64,000 nt of DNA from Pseudomonadota bacterium (lineage in GTDB: Bacteria; Pseudomonadota; Alphaproteobacteria; MPNO01; UBA830), in NCBI GenBank assembly GCA_036339975.1, contig JAYYZV010000020.1, positions 10,430-74,429 on the forward strand. The letters are read 5' to 3'. Position numbers and translations under genes: made by a program. Every line of letters begins with the position of its first letter. Within the stretch, counting starts at the first letter, position 1. Below are positions 1-8,654 of this stretch, in pieces. A model generated the notes under the pieces. It saw only the letters and a program-made list of their open reading frames with translations, was not told the DNA's origin and made no database searches.

Positions 1-2
1 GT

Positions 3-629
3 CAGGCACGTGTTGAAAAAATTGCCTCCGGTGGGGGTGCCATGGATACCGCTTGGGTGGCGCATTGCCTTAGCCAACTTAAGGAGGAGGACGATATATT
101 GGTATCCGAGTCGCAGCTGGCGCTGGCTAATCTTGGACTGCGAAAACCGGGAACATTCTTTGGAACCGGCCCTGCTGGCGGCCTCGGCTGGGGTCTGGGC
201 GCTGGACTCGGCGTAAAACTTGGTCAGAAGGAAAAGCGAATCTGGAACGTAGTTGGCGATGGGTCTTATATGTTCGGTAATCCGACGCCTGCACATTTCG
301 TGTCGGCCGCATATGATTTGCCGGTACTTACCGTAATTATGAACAACAAAATGTGGGGGTCCGTTCGCAAGGCGACACTCGGTCTCTATCCCGAGGGGGC
401 GGCTTCCAGCGCAAATCAGGCGCCACTGACCTATCTCGACCCGGCGCCGGAATACCATAAGGTCGTTGAGGCTTCTGATGGCTATGGAGAAGAGGTAAAG
501 GACCCCGGCGAACTGCCCGCGGCTCTTGAGCGGGGGATCAAGGCGGTCGACGTCGAGGGGAGGACTGCGGTCATCAACGTCCACACAACGTATGACGATT
601 TGGCCGCTAAGGCTGATGCGGTTCGCTGA
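3..629 (+). CDS. Thiamine-pyrophosphate-dependent enzyme, C-terminal part (acetolactate-synthase-like superfamily); 5' end lies outside the window
   Basis: The frame is open from the window edge (QARVEKIASGGGAMDTAW...). It carries the TPP-binding motif GDGSYMFGNPTPAHFVSAAYDLPVLTVIMNNKMWG (GDG...NN). The stop at 627-629 overlaps the next start by 1 nt. Confidence 0.8.
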   Translation, partial: QARVEKIASGGGAMDTAWVAHCLSQLKEEDDILVSESQLALANLGLRKPGTFFGTGPAGGLGWGLGAGLGVKLGQKEKRIWNVVGDGSYMFGNPTPAHFVSAAYDLPVLTVIMNNKMWGSVRKATLGLYPEGAASSANQAPLTYLDPAPEYHKVVEASDGYGEEVKDPGELPAALERGIKAVDVEGRTAVINVHTTYDDLAAKADAVR

Positions 630-1801
630 TGTCTTTTCCGGCCGGTGCACTTAATGCGCAGTTAGATAAACTCACTACGCATCCCTTCTACAAGGGCCGG
701 GTGCCTTCGTTTGTCTCTGACGCCGAAGAATTTGCTGCCAACGTCCCGCTGATGGGTAGGTCCGATCTTGTTGCCGAAATGACTAAGTCCGGCTACGGCG
801 CATTCGGAGGGAGCGACCCGGTCCGTATTAATTTGAGCCCAATGGGATCATCGCTGATACCCGCTATGCAAACGGCGGGAGATGTCGCTAACTTGATTAC
901 TGCGGCGCGTTCGCACCTTGACGCTTGCGGAATAGGGCCTGGCGACGTATGCGCGGTGACTTTCGGCTATCATATGTTCGTAGCCGGGTTGTTTTATCAA
1001 TCGCAAATGGAAGCACATGGCGTAGCCTGCATTCCGATCGGCCCCGGAGAGGCTGAGCGAACTGTCGAAATCTGCGCCCAGCATAATGTTACGGTGTTAG
1101 CCGGTAACCCGTCTTTTGCGTTAAAACTAATTGAGGCAGGACTTAAGGCCCCCAAGGTATTCTTCGCTGGTGGCGAGGCATTTACTGGAAATCCAACGCT
1201 GTATGGGGCAGTGAGGTCGGCGATGCCAGACACGATGCTGGTAGATTCGTTCTCACTGTCTGAGTTTCTGCCTGTCGCGCGCACATTTCCCCAGGGCGAA
1301 GGAGTGCATATTTTTGATGAACTGGTCTATGCGGAAGTGATTGACCCGAGCACAGGCGAACCTGTCGTCGATGGTGAAAGGGGTGAACTGGTGCTGACGC
1401 ATTTGAAAAAGGAGGCGCAGCCCTTATTGAGGTACCGCACTGGCGATTTGACCGTGCGACAGACCACGGCGCCGCTTCATGGCCGTACGGTCAATTTGCC
1501 GCGTGTTGTGTTTGGCCGCACAGATGACATGGTCAAGGTCAAAGGCGTCAAGGTATATCCGTCGGAAATTCGCAGCGTATTGTTGGGTATAGACGGTCCT
1601 ACGGGCAGCTACCGCCTGACGGTGTCAGCTAGGGAAGGTGGTGGCGACCGCCTCACACTGGCTCTGGAGGGCGCCGGTAGTGATGACGTTAAGGAAGAAA
1701 TTGCCCGTCGGTTCAGGAGCCAAACATTGATTTCTGTCGACGAAATAAAATTCGAAGAAGAAATAGAACCGGGTCCGACGGTCATCGATACCCGGGCATG
1801 A
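629..1801 (+). CDS. PaaK / coenzyme F390 synthetase-like adenylate-forming enzyme with an atypical P-loop
   Basis: 390-aa ORF. It has the family motifs LLRYRTGDL and GRTDDMVKVKGVKVYPSEI, and the central region aligns by eye with phenylacetate-CoA ligase. The position of the SSGTTGKPT loop reads SPMGSSLIPA. Confidence 0.7.
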   Translation: MSFPAGALNAQLDKLTTHPFYKGRVPSFVSDAEEFAANVPLMGRSDLVAEMTKSGYGAFGGSDPVRINLSPMGSSLIPAMQTAGDVANLITAARSHLDACGIGPGDVCAVTFGYHMFVAGLFYQSQMEAHGVACIPIGPGEAERTVEICAQHNVTVLAGNPSFALKLIEAGLKAPKVFFAGGEAFTGNPTLYGAVRSAMPDTMLVDSFSLSEFLPVARTFPQGEGVHIFDELVYAEVIDPSTGEPVVDGERGELVLTHLKKEAQPLLRYRTGDLTVRQTTAPLHGRTVNLPRVVFGRTDDMVKVKGVKVYPSEIRSVLLGIDGPTGSYRLTVSAREGGGDRLTLALEGAGSDDVKEEIARRFRSQTLISVDEIKFEEEIEPGPTVIDTRA

Positions 1802-1819
1802 ATAACTAGGAAAAACATT

Positions 1820-2929
1820 ATGAGCGAGTCTAAGTGGCGTCTGATTGTTGACAGAAATTCCTATGCCGATTTTTCGGTGTCCGTTTCACCCGCCGTGGAG
1901 AGGGCTGTTGTGACTGGCGACGTGCCACCAACCATTTTTCTCAACATCTTCGATCAGGACTCGATCACCATCGGCGTAAACGAAGACCCGGAGCAGGTCT
2001 TGGACCTAAACTTCTGCCGTGACAACAATATTGATTTCAGGCGTCGGGTGAACGGCGGCGGCGCGATCTATACCGGCACGGGGTCTGCCTTCATGGTTTA
2101 CTTCGTGCCAACATCTCATCCCGATGTACCCGAAACGACGGCGGAGGCGTTTCCGAAAATTTTAACGGCATTCGCTGAAACCCTGACCGAACAGTTCGGT
2201 TTTCCAGCCCAATATCGCCCGCTAAACGATGTACAAGTTGAAGGCCGTAAACTGGTACCTACTTCGCTAAAAATCGAGAACGGGGTGATGACGTTCCGTT
2301 TCGTTGTGAATGTAAAGGAAATGAATACCGAGATCGCCGGGGCGGCGATGCCGATGCCGCCCGAAAAGGTGCAGGACAAGGTGCACAAGGACCTTCAGTC
2401 GCGCTTCACCTGCCTAGAACGTGAAGCAGGCTGCGCAATTTCGGCTGAGGACCTAGAACAAATGGCGCGCGCCGCCGTTGCCCATGCTTTCAGCGGTACT
2501 GAGCTCGAATTTGGTGGATTGACAGATGTGGAACGCAAATACGCCGAAGAATTCCGCGCTGAGTACGATAATGACGGATGGTTGTTCGGAAAATCTGAAC
2601 GCAACCGGTTTCGCTCCAATATGCAGGCCGGTGATACCGTGGGGTACGGTCGAGAAAAGGCGGTCGGTGGCATGTTATGGGCAACACTCGCTGTCCGCGA
2701 TGGCAAGATTTTTCATGCCATCTTGAATGGCGACTGGCACCCACGTCCGATAGATGCCGTGGGCTGGCTGGAAGATGCTTTGGTAGGTGTTGATGCGACT
2801 GAAGACGCGGTGCGCGACGCGGTGACATCCTTCATGGCACGGGATGACGTGGAATTCGCAAGCGTCGAAATCGCCAATCTGATGGCGGCGTTTGGAAAAG
2901 CGCTGTCAGCCCAGAAACGGGTCGGTTGA
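1820..2929 (+). CDS. Lipoate-protein ligase A-like (BPL/LplA/LipB family) protein
   Basis: 369-aa ORF. RRRVNGGGAIYTGTGS resembles the LplA motif RRxSGGGAV(F/Y)HD, and VEGRKLVPTS resembles the lysine motif GRKISGSA. Both are only partly conserved. Confidence 0.6.
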   Translation: MSESKWRLIVDRNSYADFSVSVSPAVERAVVTGDVPPTIFLNIFDQDSITIGVNEDPEQVLDLNFCRDNNIDFRRRVNGGGAIYTGTGSAFMVYFVPTSHPDVPETTAEAFPKILTAFAETLTEQFGFPAQYRPLNDVQVEGRKLVPTSLKIENGVMTFRFVVNVKEMNTEIAGAAMPMPPEKVQDKVHKDLQSRFTCLEREAGCAISAEDLEQMARAAVAHAFSGTELEFGGLTDVERKYAEEFRAEYDNDGWLFGKSERNRFRSNMQAGDTVGYGREKAVGGMLWATLAVRDGKIFHAILNGDWHPRPIDAVGWLEDALVGVDATEDAVRDAVTSFMARDDVEFASVEIANLMAAFGKALSAQKRVG

Positions 2930-3311
2930 CCTGAACCCGGGTGCTCTTTCTGCCGATGGCGGCGCCTATCTTCTGTATTTCAGTGTACGAGAACCGGTCG
3001 TCCTGCCTATTTTACGGCTGAACAACCCTTCGCTTGATTGCGGCACGTATGTATATGCCGGTAGCGCCTACGGTCCCGGCGGAATCCGGGCCCGGGTGTC
3101 CCGCCATCTTCGCATCGAAAAGAAGCCTCATTGGCATGTGGATTATCTTAGTACCTGTGTCGCCTGTGCCCGCGTCGAGGTGTTTCCCGGCGGCAACGAG
3201 TGCGACTTGGTCTTGGATCTCCTCCGCTTGGGTGGGGACACCCCAATTTCAGCATACGGCAGCACGGACTGCAAATTCTGCGAGGCGCATCTCGTTCGCC
3301 TTGCCGGTTGA
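2892..3311 (+). CDS. DUF123 (GIY-YIG / Uri superfamily) protein
   Basis: 139-aa ORF from a TTG start. YVYAGSAYGPGGIRARVSRHLRIEKKPHWHVDYL and YGSTDCKFCEAHL match my recollection of the DUF123 signature (GSA...R..RH....K.HWHIDYL ... SDC.C.SHL). It overlaps the upstream gene by 38 nt, and no other canonical in-frame start is seen. Confidence 0.65.
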   Translation: MEKRCQPRNGSVDLNPGALSADGGAYLLYFSVREPVVLPILRLNNPSLDCGTYVYAGSAYGPGGIRARVSRHLRIEKKPHWHVDYLSTCVACARVEVFPGGNECDLVLDLLRLGGDTPISAYGSTDCKFCEAHLVRLAG

Positions 3312-3359
3312 TAGCAAAACGGCAATAGTGCCGCCGGGACAAACAGGGAAAGTGAGTAG

Positions 3360-4130
3360 ATGGGTGCCGTAAATATATACTGTCGGGATGACGGCGTCGC
3401 GCGTATTGCGATTAATCGGCCCGACAAGCGAAACGCGCTGAACGACGAAGTCAGGTCCACTCTGATCGCCGAACTTCCGGGTCTGCTGCGCGACGAAGCG
3501 GTGCACGCACTGGTCCTTACTGGCGAAGGCGGACATTTCTGCGCTGGCGGTGATATTGGGAGTATGAAAGGACTCGATTCTAGGGGTGCCCGGGCTCGGA
3601 TGAAAGACAATCACACGATCGTTCGTCTGATCGCAGAGTCCGAAAAGCCGATAGTGACGGCTATCGAGGGGTTCGCCGTTGGTGCCGGCGCCGGGTTGGC
3701 CATGCTCGGCGATACGGCGGTTGTGGCCGAAGGTGGTACTATTGGGTTTCCCTTCTTCCGCGTCGGCTTGATTCCAGATTACGGTATTCTCCATACGCTG
3801 CCGCGCCGTTCGGGCGGCGCCAAGGCCCGGCAACTTTTACTTTACGCGCAGATGGTGAAGGCGCCTGATGCCGTGCGGTGGGGACTGGCAGACGAACTGG
3901 TTCCCGACGGCAAGGCCGAGGAAACCGCTATTGAGCGGGCTTTATCCTTGGCGCAGATGCCGCCCTTCGCCTTTGCCATTGCTAAGCAACAGCTTGGTTT
4001 GGCACCAGTGAAATTGGATGAAGCACTTGAAATGGAAGCGCTGGCACAGGCAGGGTGTTTCGGTGCTGATGAATTTCTCGAAGGGTCGGCCGCATTTCTA
4101 GAAAAGCGTAGCCCCGTGTTTCGGAAATAA
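3360..4130 (+). CDS. Enoyl-CoA hydratase/isomerase (crotonase family)
   Basis: 256-aa ORF with IAINRPDKRNALN, FCAGGDI and TAIEGFAVGAGAGLA, which are typical crotonase motifs. Confidence 0.85.
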   Translation: MGAVNIYCRDDGVARIAINRPDKRNALNDEVRSTLIAELPGLLRDEAVHALVLTGEGGHFCAGGDIGSMKGLDSRGARARMKDNHTIVRLIAESEKPIVTAIEGFAVGAGAGLAMLGDTAVVAEGGTIGFPFFRVGLIPDYGILHTLPRRSGGAKARQLLLYAQMVKAPDAVRWGLADELVPDGKAEETAIERALSLAQMPPFAFAIAKQQLGLAPVKLDEALEMEALAQAGCFGADEFLEGSAAFLEKRSPVFRK

Positions 4131-4133
4131 CCG

Positions 4134-5117
4134 ATGTTTCCTCAAAAGTTTCGTACGCGGATTACCGACTTGTTCGGGATTCAGCATCCCATCGTCTGCG
4201 GCGGAATGATGTGGTTGGCGGACGCCGAATATGTGTCTGCGGTTGCCCGTTCGGGTGGGATCGGTTTCATAACGCCACGCTCCTTTCCCACGCCGGCGGA
4301 CTTTCGTGAGCAAATTCGGAAGGCGCATGATCAGTCGGATGGCAAACCCTTTGGAGTTAATCTCTATATTTCCGCCCAGCCAGAGTCCAATGAGTTATTG
4401 CAGACGTTTCTGGATATTTCCATCGACGAAGGCGTGAAATTCGTCGAGACGGCAGGTTTTTCTCCCAAAGAGTTCATCCCCAAGATTAAGGATGCCGGCA
4501 TAACGGTGATGCACAAGTGCACTACGGTGCGTCACGCATTGTCGGCCCAGAAAGCGGGTGTCGATGCGATTGCGATCCTTGGCGCAGAAGCTGGTGGTCA
4601 TCCTGGCATGGATATGATTGGCACGATGGTGCAGGGGGCGATCGTGCCGCGAGAACTAGACGTCCCGGTCGTGCTTGCGGGCGGTATGGGTACCGGACGT
4701 CAATTGTTAGCATGTCTATCACTGGGCGCTGAAGGTATGTTGGTTGCCACACGTATGGTGGTTGCGGAAGAAATCTGGGCGCATGAAAACTATAAAAAAC
4801 GTCTGGCGGAGCTGGGCCCCGATGGTACGAGGATCATCATGTCGATTTTTGGTGACAACTCGCGCGTTATCGACAATGCGTCCACCGATGCGGTGCTGGC
4901 TCTCGAGGCTGAGGGTAATACCGATTATGAGGCCTACCGTCCCCATGTGAAGGGGACTTTGCAGAGAGAAGCCTATGAGAACGGCGACTGGACCAACGGG
5001 ACCATGTCCATCGGCCAGTCGGTCGCTTTTGCTGGCGATATCGAGCCCGTCGAAACAATCATCGACGGTATTATGGAAGAGGCCACTTCCGCCCTAAATC
5101 ACCTTAACACACTGTAA
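4134..5117 (+). CDS. Nitronate monooxygenase / enoyl-reductase-like FMN protein (NMO family)
   Basis: 327-aa ORF. The N-terminus ITDLFGIQHPIVCGGMMWLADAEYVSAVARSGGIGFI and the internal VLAGGMGTG are typical of the NPD/NMO family. It starts 3 nt after the upstream stop. Confidence 0.8.
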   Translation: MFPQKFRTRITDLFGIQHPIVCGGMMWLADAEYVSAVARSGGIGFITPRSFPTPADFREQIRKAHDQSDGKPFGVNLYISAQPESNELLQTFLDISIDEGVKFVETAGFSPKEFIPKIKDAGITVMHKCTTVRHALSAQKAGVDAIAILGAEAGGHPGMDMIGTMVQGAIVPRELDVPVVLAGGMGTGRQLLACLSLGAEGMLVATRMVVAEEIWAHENYKKRLAELGPDGTRIIMSIFGDNSRVIDNASTDAVLALEAEGNTDYEAYRPHVKGTLQREAYENGDWTNGTMSIGQSVAFAGDIEPVETIIDGIMEEATSALNHLNTL

Positions 5118-5132
5118 ATAAAGGAAGAAAAT

Positions 5133-6659
5133 ATGGCGCAGGATGTCAATTCTCCTGACTACACCATTGGCATCATTGGCACCGGCACGATGGGACGTGG
5201 GATCGCGCAGATCTCCGTCGCAGGTGGTTACACGGTCAAAATGTACGATGCCCAAGAGGGCGCTGCCCGGGAGGCTAGGGAGTTTATCCACCGGATGATC
5301 AGCCGTTCTGCTGAAAAGGGTCAGATCTCTGAAGACGAGGCGGCGGCGGCAAACGGGCGCCTGAACATCGTAAATAGCTTGTCTGACTTCGGCGATTGCA
5401 GTCTTGTTATTGAGGCGATCGTCGAGAAACTAGACGTTAAGCGAGCGGTGTTTTCGGAGTTGGAAGGCATCGTTTCTGGGGATGCTATTCTTGCCTCCAA
5501 TACGTCGTCGCTGTCGGTCACACAGATCGCTGCCGGATGCGAAAATCCGGAACGGGTCGCCGGCTATCACTATTTCAATCCGGTTCCACTTCTAAAAGTT
5601 GTCGAAGTTGTTGACGGCCAGATGACAGCCCCTTGGGTTGCTGAGAAGCTGGAAGCTATAGCTCGTAAATGTGGCCACGAACCAGTGCGCACCCAGGACA
5701 CACCCGGTTTTCTGGTGAACCATGCAGGGAGGGGTCTTTATACCGAAGGGGTTCGTATCTTAGCCGAGGGTATTGCTGAGCCACATCAGGTTGATGATGT
5801 GCTTCGCGAAGGCGGGGCAAGTTTCCGCATGGGCCCATTCGAGTTGATGGACACTACCGGACTTGACGTGTCAGGTGTGGTGATGGAATCGATCTACGAG
5901 CAATTTTATCAGGAACCACGCTTCAAGCCGCAGGCTTTCGTCCGCAACCGGATGGCCGCGGGGCTACACGGTCGCAAGGTTGGGCGAGGTTTCTACAAAT
6001 ATGAAGACAATAGAAAAGTTGTGCCAGAAGAGGTCGCCGCGCCGACCAATCTACCGGATTGTGTGTGGGTAGGCCCCGAAGGGCATGATGGTGCAAACGC
6101 GCTGGCTGAATTCCTGAAGAAGCACGTAGAGGTAGAAACCGGCGGTAAGCCGTCTGCGAAGGCGATTTGTATGGTTACGCCGCTCGGCACCGATGCCACG
6201 ATGACTGCCATCGAGCTGGGTATTGAGGCGGAGCGAACGGTGGCAGTGGACACGCTGTTTGGGCTCGAAGGGCGACTGACCTTGATGACCACAAGCGTTA
6301 CCGATGACGGAGTACGTGATTTGGCGCACGGCGCGCTGTCAGCGGATGGTGCGAAGGTGACAGTGATCCACGATAGCCCTGGTTTCATTGCTCAGCGGGT
6401 GATTGCGACCATCGTCAATATTTCCTCTGAGATTGCGCAGATGCGTATTGCGACGCCGGAAGACATCAACAAGGCAGTTAAACTCGGTCTGGCTTATCCT
6501 CAGGGACCACTCGAGTTCGGCGATACGCTGGGTCCACAAAGAATTCATGCCATTCTATCTGCGATGTGGAATTTTTACGGTGATCCGCGCTATCGTCCCA
6601 GCCCTTGGCTGACGCGTCGGGCGCGACTTGGTATCTCGCTTATGACGCCCGAAGCATAA
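5133..6659 (+). CDS. 3-hydroxyacyl-CoA dehydrogenase, long form with an extra C-terminal domain
   Basis: 508-aa ORF with the NAD fold IGIIGTGTMGRGIA, NTSSLSV, and PGFLVNH plus a second PGFIAQRV repeat. Confidence 0.85.
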   Translation: MAQDVNSPDYTIGIIGTGTMGRGIAQISVAGGYTVKMYDAQEGAAREAREFIHRMISRSAEKGQISEDEAAAANGRLNIVNSLSDFGDCSLVIEAIVEKLDVKRAVFSELEGIVSGDAILASNTSSLSVTQIAAGCENPERVAGYHYFNPVPLLKVVEVVDGQMTAPWVAEKLEAIARKCGHEPVRTQDTPGFLVNHAGRGLYTEGVRILAEGIAEPHQVDDVLREGGASFRMGPFELMDTTGLDVSGVVMESIYEQFYQEPRFKPQAFVRNRMAAGLHGRKVGRGFYKYEDNRKVVPEEVAAPTNLPDCVWVGPEGHDGANALAEFLKKHVEVETGGKPSAKAICMVTPLGTDATMTAIELGIEAERTVAVDTLFGLEGRLTLMTTSVTDDGVRDLAHGALSADGAKVTVIHDSPGFIAQRVIATIVNISSEIAQMRIATPEDINKAVKLGLAYPQGPLEFGDTLGPQRIHAILSAMWNFYGDPRYRPSPWLTRRARLGISLMTPEA

Positions 6660-6777
6660 TCCGTCGTATTCGGGAAGTGCCTAGTCTGCCGCGCCTAATA
6701 AATAAATCCCACGTTTTCTGGTAGCTGTTATCGGCGCCGATTGGTCGGGTTTTGTATAAGCTGCAGACCAATATCAC

Positions 6778-8475
6778 CTAGTGTGTGTCCAGCACCGCTT
6801 GGTACATTTCCAGTCGCGCTTGTATAGCGGTGGTTTCTGTATCTGTCGGATGGTCTGGATCTGCGGCGGGCGGTAGGGCGCCGAACTTCAGCAGGCAGGC
6901 CATAAGTACGAGCCGCGCTTTAGTTGAAGTAAGGTTGCTGCCGCCCAGAAACACACCGGCCCGGGCTGAAAAACCTTCGTTGTTACCGCGTCCGACGCGC
7001 ACCACCGGCATGCCGCAATAGACCGCCTTCCTCATCAGCGCATTGCGTTGGGCGTTGGTCATCGACCCGTAGGGTGATTGACCTTCGACGACAAATCCCG
7101 CCAGTGGCGCATGTTTCAGATTGTCGTTGATCTGAGCAACGAGATCGACTTCCCGTTCCGGGCCCGAATCCTCAGATTCCGGGCTATAGTTACCTTCTTT
7201 GGTGATGGTTACCTTGGGGATGGCAGTTTCGAGAAGCGCACCGTTTGTATCCTTAATGGCCACTTCTACCGGGGACAGATCCCCGCCGGATTTTATGTAG
7301 CCGGTCACGGTTTCGGTCAGACGCGCGCGGTTCACATCGGACTGATAGGTGTGCTTCGATCCTGGTAGATAGGTCAAGATCGGTGGCATACCGTGGCGCA
7401 CTGCGCCAAGCAGACCACCGTGGCCTCCTGTGGCGACGTATCCGCCCGGGCGCGCCTCGCCTTTTTGTACTTCGCGGGACGCGAAGATCTGTTGTTCTTG
7501 TATCACTACTGTGCCGGCTCGGTTTTTGCCGTCAGCGTCCTGCCAAATTTTTGATGTTATATATTCCACAGAATCCAACAAATTTTTAGGTCCATCGTTA
7601 CTAATCTCACCGTGTGTTCGCTGCGCGGCATTACCACAGACTGGTAACGTGGTGTCGAGCATCAGGTTTAGCCAGTATAGAGTTTCCTCTACCCTCGGGC
7701 TGCCTTGGGTCCAGATCGCACCGATGTAGTCGCCGGTATCCAGAATGGCCTGTATATCGTTGACTATACGCGCCATCCAGCCTTTCGACGGAGAGGTTGC
7801 TAAATGTACCGGGCGGTAGGCGAAAAAGTCCCGACCCATGACCTCTGGTTTTATATCACCCTTGCCCATATCGGTACGGTCGGCAGCAGCTAATCCCTTG
7901 GTGTAGCCGCCCGACGGCATGATCCGGAAGAAGTCAACTTCTGCCTGCTGGGAAATCAGGTTGCCGGTACCGTCTTCGGCGATGCCAAACCGATCGATTT
8001 CCTCAAAAATACGGGATCCGTCAGGATAATAGGCTTGACGGGATTGGTCAGCTGCAGCATTAGGAAATGCGCAATCATCTTCCCAAGCGGTCCCATCCGC
8101 CTGCCGTCCCATATAGGGCATGGGATACAGGCCATCGTCCGGTGAAAGATCAATTTTATATACCGGCGTATCGTCATCTGACCGTTGCTCGGTATTAAAT
8201 ATGCCCGATTTGTCCACGTAGCCATCGGGCGGGCTATACAAATTCGCGGCGTCGGCTTCTAGCGGGTGGGCGCTGAATTGTTCGACGTATACTGTCACGG
8301 GAGCTGCTAGGCGTTGTGGTCTTAGAACGTCGAAGCGCGTGGCGCTACCGTCCGGATTAGTCCTCAACGGTATACCATGACGTGCGCGTGCCTTGTTGCT
8401 GGTTACAAGCGGCGGCGAATTACTGATCGTGGCATTAGCGCCTGAGAGATGGGCGATACGCGGTTTTCCGGTCAT
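6778..8475 (-). CDS. Divergent asparaginase/glutaminase-fold protein
   Basis: 565-aa ORF. GAIWTQGSPRVEETLYWLNLML...PVCGNAAQR...NDGPKNLLDSV and GFVVEGQSPYG...GMPVVRVGRGNNEG...TSTKARLVLM align by eye to both asparaginase domains. Catalytic motifs are altered (see findings). Confidence 0.45.
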   Translation of the reverse strand: MTGKPRIAHLSGANATISNSPPLVTSNKARARHGIPLRTNPDGSATRFDVLRPQRLAAPVTVYVEQFSAHPLEADAANLYSPPDGYVDKSGIFNTEQRSDDDTPVYKIDLSPDDGLYPMPYMGRQADGTAWEDDCAFPNAAADQSRQAYYPDGSRIFEEIDRFGIAEDGTGNLISQQAEVDFFRIMPSGGYTKGLAAADRTDMGKGDIKPEVMGRDFFAYRPVHLATSPSKGWMARIVNDIQAILDTGDYIGAIWTQGSPRVEETLYWLNLMLDTTLPVCGNAAQRTHGEISNDGPKNLLDSVEYITSKIWQDADGKNRAGTVVIQEQQIFASREVQKGEARPGGYVATGGHGGLLGAVRHGMPPILTYLPGSKHTYQSDVNRARLTETVTGYIKSGGDLSPVEVAIKDTNGALLETAIPKVTITKEGNYSPESEDSGPEREVDLVAQINDNLKHAPLAGFVVEGQSPYGSMTNAQRNALMRKAVYCGMPVVRVGRGNNEGFSARAGVFLGGSNLTSTKARLVLMACLLKFGALPPAADPDHPTDTETTAIQARLEMYQAVLDTH

Positions 8476-8654
8476 CTGTTGGTCCCTATATATACCTAAT
8501 TCTGCACCTTAACAGTTGGTTTGCCGTCTGACGACGGGTCGCCCCGTTTGCGGTTAACTTGCGTTCCTGATGCACAACGTTTCCCTTTGGACGCTGGCAA
8601 TTTGTATCTGCTGGACATACCTTCTTGAGACAAATCGAATCTTGGGAAACAGCC

